A stretch of DNA of 64,000 nucleotides from Acidobacteriota bacterium (GTDB lineage: Bacteria; Acidobacteriota; Polarisedimenticolia; SMYD01): contig JBHHZI010000002.1 of NCBI GenBank assembly GCA_046757965.1, positions 2,253-66,252 on the forward strand, read 5' to 3'. The position numbers and the translations under genes are program-made. The notes beneath the pieces are model-generated. The model had not been told where the DNA came from and ran no database searches. It saw only the letters and a list, made by a program, of their open reading frames with translations. Positions 8,273-17,117 of this stretch are shown here, one piece after another (the first letter of the stretch is position 1; each line of letters opens with the position of its first letter).

Positions 8273-9426
8273 TGAAGGACCGCATTCCCATCTCGGGTCC
8301 GTGGATCACCGACCGGGAGGTCGAGTACGCGGCAGATGCTGCGCGCACGGCGTGGTACTCCGGAGCCGGCGAGTATTCGCGCCGGTTCGAGCAGGCAGTC
8401 GCGGCCTACGTCGGCACCAAGCACGCGGTCTCCCTGCCGCACTGCACAGCGGGCGTTCACCTGGCTCTTGTGGCGCTGGGCGTCGGGGCGGGGGACGAGG
8501 TCATCGTTCCGGATGCGACCTGGATCGCGTCCGCTGCGCCGATCACGTACGTGGGAGCCACCCCGGTCTTCGCAGATGTGGACCCGGATACCTGGTGTCT
8601 CGACGTGGGTGCGTTCGAGGCGTGTGTGACGTCCCGGACGAAGGCCGTCATCGCCGTGGACCTCTACGGGGGAATGCCCGATATGGATGCCCTGCTCGCG
8701 GCTGCCGGGCGCCTGGGCATCGTGGTCATCGAAGACGCCGCGGAGGCGATCGGCGCGGAATACCGGGGGCGCCGGGCAGGCAGTCTCGGTGCTGTGGGAG
8801 TGTTCAGCTTCCACGGCTCGAAGACCATTGTCACCGGCGAGGGCGGGGCGCTTGTCACGGACAGTGACGAACTGCACGACAGGGTCCGCGTGCTGTGTGA
8901 CCATGGGCGTCCACCTCACGATCGATTCTTCCGGAACACCGAGGTGGCCTTCAAGTATCGCATGAGTGATCTCCAGGCAGCCGTCGGTCTGGCTCAGATC
9001 GAGCGTGTCGAGGAGATCGTGGCTCGGAAGCGAGAGATCTTCTCATGGTACGCCTCGCACCTCGCTTCCGTGGACGGGGTGTGCCTGAATATCGAGCCCG
9101 CCGGGACGCGGAACAGCTACTGGATGGTCACGGCGATCATCGATGCACGATTCGGCCTGGACAACCGCACGCTCATGGCGGCCTTTGCCGAGCACGGGAT
9201 CGATACCCGTCCATTCTTCCACCCGCTGAGTTCGATTCCCGCCTACGCCGATCATGAGCAGGCGGTGGCAGCTCGCGAGCGCAATGCGGTGAGTCATGAC
9301 ATTCCGCGCCGCGGCATCAATCTGCCTTCGGCCCTGAACCTGACCGGCGAACAGGTGCAGAGGGTCTGCGACGTGTTGCGGCAGATCCTCGCGAGGAGCT
9401 CGAGCCGGCCGAATGCTCCGGCGTGA
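8272..9426 (+). CDS. DegT/DnrJ/EryC1/StrS-family PLP-dependent sugar aminotransferase.
   Basis: The N-terminus MKDRIPISGPWITDREVEYA is typical of the family. A PLP-lysine region is present (SFHGSKTIVTGEGGALVTD). The start codon overlaps the upstream stop (TGATG). Confidence 0.8.
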   Translation: MKDRIPISGPWITDREVEYAADAARTAWYSGAGEYSRRFEQAVAAYVGTKHAVSLPHCTAGVHLALVALGVGAGDEVIVPDATWIASAAPITYVGATPVFADVDPDTWCLDVGAFEACVTSRTKAVIAVDLYGGMPDMDALLAAAGRLGIVVIEDAAEAIGAEYRGRRAGSLGAVGVFSFHGSKTIVTGEGGALVTDSDELHDRVRVLCDHGRPPHDRFFRNTEVAFKYRMSDLQAAVGLAQIERVEEIVARKREIFSWYASHLASVDGVCLNIEPAGTRNSYWMVTAIIDARFGLDNRTLMAAFAEHGIDTRPFFHPLSSIPAYADHEQAVAARERNAVSHDIPRRGINLPSALNLTGEQVQRVCDVLRQILARSSSRPNAPA

Positions 9427-9529
9427 GCGGCGCCGGCCTGGCCGTCCGGGCCACCGGACCGGTGAGTCAGGGAGCGAACGCATCGCGCCAGCGAAGTTCT
9501 TCTCGTGGGCGATGGAGGCCTGATCCGGG

Positions 9530-10177
9530 ATGGCCAAGAGACTGGTGATCTGGGGAGCGAGTGGTCACGCCAGGGTCCTCTGGGAATTCCTGGCCGGCGA
9601 CCATGAACTCGTCGGACTGTTCGACAACGACCCGAACGCGGTCAGTCCCTTCCCGGGAGTTCCGATCTTCCACGGGCGAAAGGGATTTACGCGGTGGAGC
9701 GAGAGTCGCGGCGAAGGGGAGTTCTTCGGCCTGGTTGCGATCGGCGGTTCTCGAGGCCGTGATCGTTGCGAGATTCACGACTGGTTCGTGAAGCATGAAC
9801 TGACGCTGTGTACGGCGATTCATCCGAGCGCGTATGTCGCTGGCGACGCGATCGTCGGCATGGGTTCGCACGTGCTGGCCAACGCGACGGTGTGCACATC
9901 GGTGCGGATGGGAAGGCAGTGCATCGTCAACACAGCGAGCAGCGTCGACCACGAGTCGATTCTCGGAGATGGGGTGCACCTGGCGCCCGGCGTGATCCTC
10001 ACCGGCCGGGTCAACGTGGGCGCCCACACCCTGATCGGCGCGGGCTCCACCGTGCTCCCCGACGTGCGGATCGGGGCCGACGCGACCGTGGGCGCCGGGT
10101 CGCTCGTGACCCGGGACGTCCCGGACGGGGTCGTCGTCTGGGGGAGCCCGGCCCGCATCCGACGTCATCATGGCTGA
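9530..10177 (+). CDS. Hexapeptide-repeat sugar N-acetyltransferase (PglD/NeuD-like).
   Basis: It has an N-terminal Rossmann-like region followed by a left-handed beta-helix (hexapeptide repeats IGAGSTVLPDVRIGADATVGAGSLV). The overall layout, MAKRLVIWGASGHARV...GLFDND, matches the PglD/NeuD family. Confidence 0.7.
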   Translation: MAKRLVIWGASGHARVLWEFLAGDHELVGLFDNDPNAVSPFPGVPIFHGRKGFTRWSESRGEGEFFGLVAIGGSRGRDRCEIHDWFVKHELTLCTAIHPSAYVAGDAIVGMGSHVLANATVCTSVRMGRQCIVNTASSVDHESILGDGVHLAPGVILTGRVNVGAHTLIGAGSTVLPDVRIGADATVGAGSLVTRDVPDGVVVWGSPARIRRHHG

Positions 10178-10316
10178 GCCCGGCGGGAATGAGCTCGGGT
10201 GCTGACGCGCAGTGTGATGTGTCGATCAATGACTCCAGCCTGCGGATAGGTGTTAGGATGGCGACACCGAGGGTGACGGTGGCAGACCTGTCCCTTTTCC
10301 CGTAGGATTCGAGCCG

Positions 10317-10979
10317 ATGTCCGGACGTACCTCACTCGGTCTGTTTCTCGTTCTGCTGGGCGGCCTGTTCCTGCTCGACCAGACGGGCCTGGCGAACTTC
10401 GGCCATGTCGTCGGGAGCTGGTGGCCTGCGATCCTGATCCTCCTCGGTGTGTCCCAGTGGGCCCGCTCGCCGGGACGGCGGACCGGGCCGCTGGTGATGA
10501 CCGTCATCGGCATCGTGTTCCTGCTGGACACCCTGGACATCATCTCCGTATGGAACCTGCTCTGGCCCCTCGCCATCATCGGCGTCGGCGTCTGGTTGAT
10601 CCTGAACCGGGGCTCGGCGCCGCACGTCAACGACGCCGACACGGTCAACCTCAGCGCGGCGTTCGCCGGCGTGGAATCCGTCTCCCGCTCGCAGAACTTT
10701 CGCGGCGGTTCCCTGTCCGCCTTCTTCGGCGGCGTCGGCCTGGATCTGCGCGACGCGGCCGTGGCGCCGGGCGGCGCACGGCTGGATGTGACCACCTTCT
10801 GCGGTGGAGCCGAGATCACCGTGCCCCCCACGTGGCGGGTCATCATCGAGGGCACGCCGCTGTTCGGCGGCCTGGAGAACTCCGCGGCGGGGGCCGGGGC
10901 ACTGCCCGATCAGGCCCCCGAGTTGATCGTGATGGGCACCATCTTCTTCGGTGGCGTGGAGATCAACAACAAGACGTGA
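10317..10979 (+). CDS. LiaF-like membrane protein (N-terminal transmembrane helices plus C-terminal DUF2154-like beta domain).
   Basis: It has three to four N-terminal hydrophobic helices, then a Gly-rich beta-strand domain (TTFCGGAEITVPPTWRVIIEGTPLFGG) resembling the LiaF C-terminal domain. No liaRS partners are adjacent. Confidence 0.4.
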   Translation: MSGRTSLGLFLVLLGGLFLLDQTGLANFGHVVGSWWPAILILLGVSQWARSPGRRTGPLVMTVIGIVFLLDTLDIISVWNLLWPLAIIGVGVWLILNRGSAPHVNDADTVNLSAAFAGVESVSRSQNFRGGSLSAFFGGVGLDLRDAAVAPGGARLDVTTFCGGAEITVPPTWRVIIEGTPLFGGLENSAAGAGALPDQAPELIVMGTIFFGGVEINNKT

Positions 10980-11034
10980 CGCCCGGTGCCGGTCCCGGCT
11001 GCGCGTGGCACTCCAGACGTGTGAGGTGTGGACG

Positions 11035-12054
11035 TCAGGCGCCTGGAGGGACCAGGCCGAGACGATTCTTGACCTCCTCGACCTTCGGCTCGGCAACCGC
11101 ACGGGCGCGGCAGGCGCCGTCGGCCAGGAGTCGATCCAGTTCGGCCGGGTCGTCCATGAAGCGCACAAACTGCTCGCGAATCGGCCGCACCGTCTCGATG
11201 GCGGCCTCGCCGACCGCCTTCTTCAGATCCGCATAGCCGCGTGCACCGGCGAAATCCGCCTCCGCCTGCTGGCGCGTGCGTCCCCGGAGAAGCTGGTAGA
11301 TGGTGAGCAGGTTGTTCACCCCGGCCTTCTCGGGGTCGTCGCTGAAGCGGATCTCCCGGCCGGAGTCGGTGGTGGCCCGCTTGACGGCGGAGAGGATCTC
11401 GTCATCGCCATCGGTCAGGAGGATGGCATGGCCCTTCGCCGTGCTCTCGCTCTTGCTCATCTTGGTGGCGGGATCGTCCAGGCCCATGATGCGGGCGCCC
11501 GACCTGCGGATGACCGGCTCGGGAAGGACGAACGTCTTGCCGTACTGATGATTGAAGCGCTGGGCGATGTCCCGGGTCAGCTCGATATGCTGCTTCTGGT
11601 CCTCGCCGACCGGGACCTCGCCGGCGTCATAAAGAAGGATGTCGGCGGCCTGGAGCACCGGGTAGGTGAGCAGGCCGGTCAGGACGCTGCTCTGGCGGGC
11701 CGACTTGTCCTTGTACTGGGTCATCCTCTCCAGCCAGCCGAGCGGGGTGACGCAGCTCAGCAGCCAGGACGCTTCCGCGTGCGCCCGCACGTGTCCCTGG
11801 ACGAAGAGTGTCGTGCGCGACGGATCGATCCCGGCGGCCAGCAACAGGGCGGCCAGCTCCCTCGTCTGGACCGACAGCTTCGCCGCATCCTGATGCACGG
11901 TGATGGCGTGCAGATCGACGATGCAGATGAAGCTGGTCCTGTCATCCTGCAGGGCGACCCACTGCTGGATGGCTCCGAGGTAGTTGCCGATGTGGAGATG
12001 CCCGGACGGCTGGATGCCGGAGAACACCACGGGCCTGTGCGATCCGGCAGCCAT
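11035..12054 (-). CDS. trpS: Tryptophanyl-tRNA synthetase.
   Basis: Class I aminoacyl-tRNA synthetase motifs are present: HIGN (SGHLHIGNYLG) and KMSKS. The length and overall sequence are typical of TrpRS. Confidence 0.9.
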   Translation of the reverse strand: MAAGSHRPVVFSGIQPSGHLHIGNYLGAIQQWVALQDDRTSFICIVDLHAITVHQDAAKLSVQTRELAALLLAAGIDPSRTTLFVQGHVRAHAEASWLLSCVTPLGWLERMTQYKDKSARQSSVLTGLLTYPVLQAADILLYDAGEVPVGEDQKQHIELTRDIAQRFNHQYGKTFVLPEPVIRRSGARIMGLDDPATKMSKSESTAKGHAILLTDGDDEILSAVKRATTDSGREIRFSDDPEKAGVNNLLTIYQLLRGRTRQQAEADFAGARGYADLKKAVGEAAIETVRPIREQFVRFMDDPAELDRLLADGACRARAVAEPKVEEVKNRLGLVPPGA

Positions 12055-12172
12055 CGGAAGAGTGCGCTCCTTCTCTCGCGCGGCGACAACGCCGGGAGGG
12101 CGTCCAGCTTAACGGCTGGGATGCGGCGGCGCAAACCGCCCGGAGACGCCTCGGGAGTTATGATGCGCCGCG

Positions 12173-15088
12173 ATGGATTCTCTGTTCCAGGCCGTGCGCG
12201 AGGCCTGCTCGACGGCCACCTGGTCGCGGGGCGTGGAGTTCACGCGCCGGGACGCCGTCCTGGCACTGTCCGCGGAGGACGGCGAGGCGATGTTTCAGGT
12301 GCTTCCCGCCGGCCGCGGGTCCGCCTCCACGGTCACCCTCTACGCCGATGACGACGACTGGGCGTGTGACTGTGGGGGGTCGGAGGACCCCTGTGTGCAT
12401 GTGGCCGCGGCCACCATCGCCTGGCGACGGGCACGACGGGAGCGCACACCGCTCCCCGATGCCGGCAGCCGTCTCGGCCGGATCGAGTACCGGCTGGCGG
12501 TGCAGGCGGCCGGCCTGTCGATCGCCCGCTGGCTGGTGCGGGGTGAGACGTCACACCCGCTGGACGGGCCCCTGGCACGGCGTGCGGCGAAGGACGCCGA
12601 CCTGGCGGCTGTGGTGTCGGATGCCGACCGTCGTGTCGAGCGGGCCCTGGGCCGGGAGGTGTCGGGCCAGGTGCCGGACCGCTTGCTGCCGGACCTGTTT
12701 CGCGCCCTGGCGCGCTGCGCCTCGGTGTGGCTGGACGGCGTGCCGGTGCGTGTCGACGCGCGGCCGCTGACCCCGCGTGTCTGCGTCACCGATCAGGGCG
12801 ACGGGTTCCTCCTCTTCCTGGCTCCTCCGCCCGACGTGACCCGCCAGATCGGCGACCACGTCGCGCTGTGTGGCGAGGTGCTGCGGCTGGTGGTGCCGCC
12901 GCCGCTGACGGCGCGCGAGCGCGACGACCTGACCCGGGGCCTGGCGATCGATGCCGAGCGGGTGGGCGAGCTGGTGGCCGACCGGCTACCCGGTCTGCGC
13001 CGCCGGCTGCCCGTCGACGTGCAGACCACGCGCCTCCCGGGCCGCACGGCACTGCCGCCACGTCTGGTGGCCGAGGTCGGCGAGGAAGATCGGTCCCTGA
13101 CGGTGCGCGCCGGGCTGGTCTACGGGCGACCGCCGGTGGCGCGTGTCGAGGACGGAGCGCTGGTCCATGTCGACGGGGCGATTCCGGTGCGCGATGTCGC
13201 GGCCGAGAAGCGCTTGCTCCGTGAGCTGCGCGCCGACCTGGGGATCGTGCCGGGGGAGGTCGCCAGGTTTGATGGCGAGGCGGCGGTGGCCATGGCGACC
13301 CGGCTTGCCGCCTGGCCGGGCGAGGTACGTGGCGCGGTGCTCCCGCACTTCGCCCTCGCCTCGCCGCTGGCGCCCCGCAGTGACCCGGCGGCCGCCGGCT
13401 GGGCCATCGACTTCGTCTGCGAGAACGAGGCGGGGCGGGCGGCGCCGCGCCGGGCGGCCGGCGCCGCGGTCCTGCGTGCCTGGACGGCGGGGGAGCCCCT
13501 GGTGCGCCTGGAAGCGGGGGGGTATGCCCCCCTGCCGGCGGACTGGCTGGCGCGGTTCGGCGCCCAGCTTGCGGACCTGCTCGCCGCGCGCGACGCCCAC
13601 CACGGAGAGTTGCCTGCAGCCGCGCAGATCGATCTGCTGCGCTTCTGCGAGGCGGCCGAGCTGCCGGTGCCCGACGGCCTGGACCGGGATCGCCTGCATG
13701 CTCTGCTGGCCGGCGCCGACCGGTTGCCGGCCGCGGTGCTGCCGGCCGATTTTCGCGGCGTGCTGCGCGACTACCAGCGCATCGGCGTCGACTGGCTGGC
13801 GCGGCTGGCCGCGGCCGGCTTCGGGGCGCTGCTCGCCGATGACATGGGGCTGGGCAAGACGGTGCAGGCGCTGTGCGTGCTGCGCCCGCCGGCTCTGGTG
13901 GTGGCGCCCACGTCGGTGCTGTTCAACTGGAGCGACGAGATCCGCCGGTTCCGGCCGGGCCTGTCGGTCTGTCTATACCACGGCGCCGGCCGGCAACTCG
14001 ACGCCGATGCCGACGTCACCTTGACGACCTACGCCCTGCTGCGCCTGGATGTGGAACGCCTGACGGCCCGGCGGTGGGGAAGTGTGGTCGTCGATGAGGC
14101 CCAGAACATCAAGAACCCGGACAGCCAGGTGGCCCGCGCGGCCTGTTGTCTCGACGCGCCGGTGAAGATCGCCCTGACCGGCACGCCGGTGGAGAATCGT
14201 CTCGAGGAACTGTGGAGCCTGTTCCGTCTGCTCAACCCGGGGCTGCTCGGCACGCGCGATGATTTTCGCCGCCGCTCGGCATCCCCGATCGCCGCCGGCG
14301 ATGCCGCGGCGCTGGACCGCCTGCGCCGTCGCCTCGGTCCGTTCGTCCTGCGCCGTCGCAAGAAAGAGGTGGCGCCCGAGTTGCCGGCCCGCACCGACGT
14401 GGTGCGCCATTGCGAGCTGAACGAGACCGAACGGCGGGTCTACGAGGCCGTGGCGGCGTCCGCCCGCCAGGACGTGGTGGCCCGGCTGGAGGCCGGCGGC
14501 AGTGTCGTCGAGGCGCTCGAACTGCTGCTGCGCCTTCGGCAGGCCTGCTGCCACGCCGGGCTGGTGCCCGGGCAGGAGGCCGCATCCTCCGCCAAGCTCG
14601 ACCTCCTTCTCGACTGTCTCGCGGAGGTGGTGGCCGACGGCCACAAGGCGCTGGTGTTCTCGCAGTGGACCTCTCTGCTGGACCGGGTCGAACCATACCT
14701 CGCGGCGGCCGCCATCCCGTTCATCCGCCTCGACGGCTCGACGAAGGATCGCGGCGGCGTGGTGGCCCGTTTCCAGGCGTCGGGCGGGCCGCCGGTGATG
14801 CTCATCTCGTTGCGCGCCGGGGGCACCGGGTTGAACCTGACCGCCGCCGACCATGTCTTCCTGCTCGATCCGTGGTGGAACCCGGCGGTCGAGGAGCAGG
14901 CGGCCGACCGGGCGCACCGCATCGGCCAGGACCGGCCGGTGCTGGTGACCCGCCTCGTGGCCCGCGAGACGGTGGAGGAGCGCATCCTCCTCCTGCAGGA
15001 GAGCAAGCGCGCCCTGGCGGCCAGCCTGGAAGGCGGCGCGGCTCCCGTGTCGCTCACCCGCGACGACCTGCTCGCCCTGCTGGCATGA
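12173..15088 (+). CDS. SNF2-family DNA-dependent ATPase/helicase with an N-terminal SWIM zinc finger.
   Basis: A SWIM-type CxC...CxH motif is present (WACDCGGSEDPCVHVAAATIAW). SNF2 ATPase motifs are LADDMGLGKT (Walker A) and DEAQNIKN (DExx box). A helicase-C region is also present (SLRAGGTGLNLTAADHVFLLDPWWNPAVEEQAADRAHRIGQ). Confidence 0.8.
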   Translation: MDSLFQAVREACSTATWSRGVEFTRRDAVLALSAEDGEAMFQVLPAGRGSASTVTLYADDDDWACDCGGSEDPCVHVAAATIAWRRARRERTPLPDAGSRLGRIEYRLAVQAAGLSIARWLVRGETSHPLDGPLARRAAKDADLAAVVSDADRRVERALGREVSGQVPDRLLPDLFRALARCASVWLDGVPVRVDARPLTPRVCVTDQGDGFLLFLAPPPDVTRQIGDHVALCGEVLRLVVPPPLTARERDDLTRGLAIDAERVGELVADRLPGLRRRLPVDVQTTRLPGRTALPPRLVAEVGEEDRSLTVRAGLVYGRPPVARVEDGALVHVDGAIPVRDVAAEKRLLRELRADLGIVPGEVARFDGEAAVAMATRLAAWPGEVRGAVLPHFALASPLAPRSDPAAAGWAIDFVCENEAGRAAPRRAAGAAVLRAWTAGEPLVRLEAGGYAPLPADWLARFGAQLADLLAARDAHHGELPAAAQIDLLRFCEAAELPVPDGLDRDRLHALLAGADRLPAAVLPADFRGVLRDYQRIGVDWLARLAAAGFGALLADDMGLGKTVQALCVLRPPALVVAPTSVLFNWSDEIRRFRPGLSVCLYHGAGRQLDADADVTLTTYALLRLDVERLTARRWGSVVVDEAQNIKNPDSQVARAACCLDAPVKIALTGTPVENRLEELWSLFRLLNPGLLGTRDDFRRRSASPIAAGDAAALDRLRRRLGPFVLRRRKKEVAPELPARTDVVRHCELNETERRVYEAVAASARQDVVARLEAGGSVVEALELLLRLRQACCHAGLVPGQEAASSAKLDLLLDCLAEVVADGHKALVFSQWTSLLDRVEPYLAAAAIPFIRLDGSTKDRGGVVARFQASGGPPVMLISLRAGGTGLNLTAADHVFLLDPWWNPAVEEQAADRAHRIGQDRPVLVTRLVARETVEERILLLQESKRALAASLEGGAAPVSLTRDDLLALLA

Positions 15089-15113
15089 GGGTGCCGGTGT
15101 GTTGCGCGGCAGA

Positions 15114-15146
15114 CGCCGATCTGTTCAGAATCTGAACAGATCGGCG
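15114..15146. other. 33-bp near-perfect palindrome (cgccgatctgttcagaATCtgaacagatcggcg) downstream of the helicase stop; hairpin/terminator or protein-binding site.
   Basis: The 15-bp arms are exact reverse complements. It starts 26 bp after the stop at 15088. No T-tract follows. Confidence 0.4.
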
Positions 15147-15251
15147 CTCCAGGACAGGATCTGAAGCCCGCAACCGGCCCCGAACCGTCACGATTGTTCT
15201 TGCGCCGGCCCGGTCAGCCCCTAAGTTCTCCCCGAGGTACGGAGAATCGGT

Positions 15252-15812
15252 ATGCCTGTCATCACTCATTCGAGCACTGTCGAGGAGGCCGCAACGCGCA
15301 TCGCGTTGGAGAACGATGCCCGTGAGGCGGTGAGCCGCGCCGTCTGGTTGACCCGGCGCAAGAAGTACATTCCCGCGCTGGAGATCTTCGAGGAGAATCT
15401 CGGCCGCTGTGGTCACGACAGCGACAGCCCGGTCCGGGCCCGGGCCCTGTCGTTCTACGGCCTCTGCCTGGCGATGGTGTGGGGGCACGTCGACCGCGCC
15501 CGGTACCTGTGTGAGGCGGCGATTGCCGGCTGTCCTCCAGACGCCGACCTGCTGTTCAATCTCGGCATGGTGCGCCTGCGCCAGCGGCGCCGGGGCGACG
15601 CCCTGGAGGCCTTCCGCCGCGGGCTGGCGGTTGACGAGTCCCATGTCGAACTCCAGGCGACCCTCGACCGCCTGCGTCCACGTCGCCAGCCGTTGTTTCC
15701 GTTCCTGGAACGCCGGCACGCGCTCAACAAGTACGCCGGCCTGCTGCGCCACCGCGTCACCCACCTCTGGTCCGCCGGCGATCCCATCGCCAGCATCCCC
15801 ACGCACATCTAG
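15252..15812 (+). CDS. Hypothetical protein, TPR-like helical repeats.
   Basis: The 186-aa ORF has helical-repeat patterns (ALSFYGLCLAM..., LLFNLGMVRLRQRRRGDALEAFRRGLAVDE). I do not recognise a specific family. Confidence 0.3.
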   Translation: MPVITHSSTVEEAATRIALENDAREAVSRAVWLTRRKKYIPALEIFEENLGRCGHDSDSPVRARALSFYGLCLAMVWGHVDRARYLCEAAIAGCPPDADLLFNLGMVRLRQRRRGDALEAFRRGLAVDESHVELQATLDRLRPRRQPLFPFLERRHALNKYAGLLRHRVTHLWSAGDPIASIPTHI

Positions 15813-15858
15813 CCCGCGTCCCTCGCTGCACTCGCCCTCGGACGGCGGGTCGGTCCGG

Positions 15859-16986
15859 TCAGGTGAAGGCGCTGACCACGGCGGCGATGCCGAAGCCCAG
15901 GTAGGTGCCGACGGCATAGCCCAGCAGGCCGACGATGATGCCGGGCAGGACGAGTCCTTGCCAGCCGCGCCCGGCGGCCACCGCGATGGCCGACGACGGG
16001 CCGCCGATGGCGGCCTGCGAGGCGATGGTCAGCGTGCCCAGGTCGAGGCGGAGAAGTCGCCCGACGCCGTAGACCACCACCCCGTGCACGGCGACCACCA
16101 GCAGTGTGTAGAAGAACACGGACAGACCCACGGCGAGGATCCGGTCGACGCGCGAGTGGATGCCGACACCCACGAAGAACAGGTTCAGCGCCAGGTTGCC
16201 CATCTGCATCGACCCGCGCAGTCGCGCCACCGGGGGCAGATGACCGACGGCCAGGGCCAGGGTGGTCAGCCACACGACCGGCTGGACGATCGGCCACGCC
16301 CGTCCCAGGGCGGCTGCCGCCGTCACCAGGGTCAGGCCGATGGCCAGCAGCAGCGCCAGGTGGCTGGCCGACAGCGGCGCGGCGTCGAAGAACGGGTGGT
16401 GCGCCTCGTGCGTCTTGCCGGTGACGCCGCGCGGCACGGGCCAGGGAAACCAGCGGGCCAGCGCCACCGGCAGCACGATGTTGGCGGCCAGCCACAACGC
16501 GGTGGTGACGTTGTCCGCCGCGGTGGCGGCGGCGAACAGCCGCGGGCCGAGATCCAGGCCGCGGCCGACCGAGATGAAGTTGACCGAGCCGCCCGAATAC
16601 GTGCCCATCAGGGTGCCGGCCAGCGCCGGGTTCTGTGAGCCGAAGCGCGCGGCGAACGCCGCCGCCGCCACGCCCACCCCGGCGGCCGTGCCGGTGACCG
16701 CCAGGGCGAAGGCGCCGAGCATGCGGCCGCCGGCCCGCCGCAGGTCCTTCAGGTTCACCGCCAGCAGCAGCCAGACGATGGCCAGCGACGTCAGGGGCCC
16801 GGCGACGATGTCATAGACCGGGGAACTCTCCGGGACGATGCCGAGGTTGGCCAGCACCGCGCCCATTCCGATGGCCAGCAGCGAGGCGCCGATTCTCGAC
16901 AGGGCCACAAAACGCCGGTCCAGCCAGAACGACACGGCGCACACGACAGCGATGAGCGCGGTCAGATGCAGGGGGGACGTGATCAC
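15859..16986 (-). CDS. Polytopic membrane protein (DUF819-like).
   Basis: The 375-aa ORF has about 10 hydrophobic segments and Gly/Ala-rich helices. The family assignment is from recall only. Confidence 0.45.
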   Translation of the reverse strand: MITSPLHLTALIAVVCAVSFWLDRRFVALSRIGASLLAIGMGAVLANLGIVPESSPVYDIVAGPLTSLAIVWLLLAVNLKDLRRAGGRMLGAFALAVTGTAAGVGVAAAAFAARFGSQNPALAGTLMGTYSGGSVNFISVGRGLDLGPRLFAAATAADNVTTALWLAANIVLPVALARWFPWPVPRGVTGKTHEAHHPFFDAAPLSASHLALLLAIGLTLVTAAAALGRAWPIVQPVVWLTTLALAVGHLPPVARLRGSMQMGNLALNLFFVGVGIHSRVDRILAVGLSVFFYTLLVVAVHGVVVYGVGRLLRLDLGTLTIASQAAIGGPSSAIAVAAGRGWQGLVLPGIIVGLLGYAVGTYLGFGIAAVVSAFT

Positions 16987-17117
16987 GGTGGGTGCGACCG
17001 TCTCACAGGTGGGGACGGAAGCGCAACTTTCCGGCCCCTGCGGCCATCCTTCGTTCTTGTCGAGCCCATGACGAGGGGATACGGTAGGAGCGCCCGTTCA
17101 TTCACCGGAGGCTGAAC

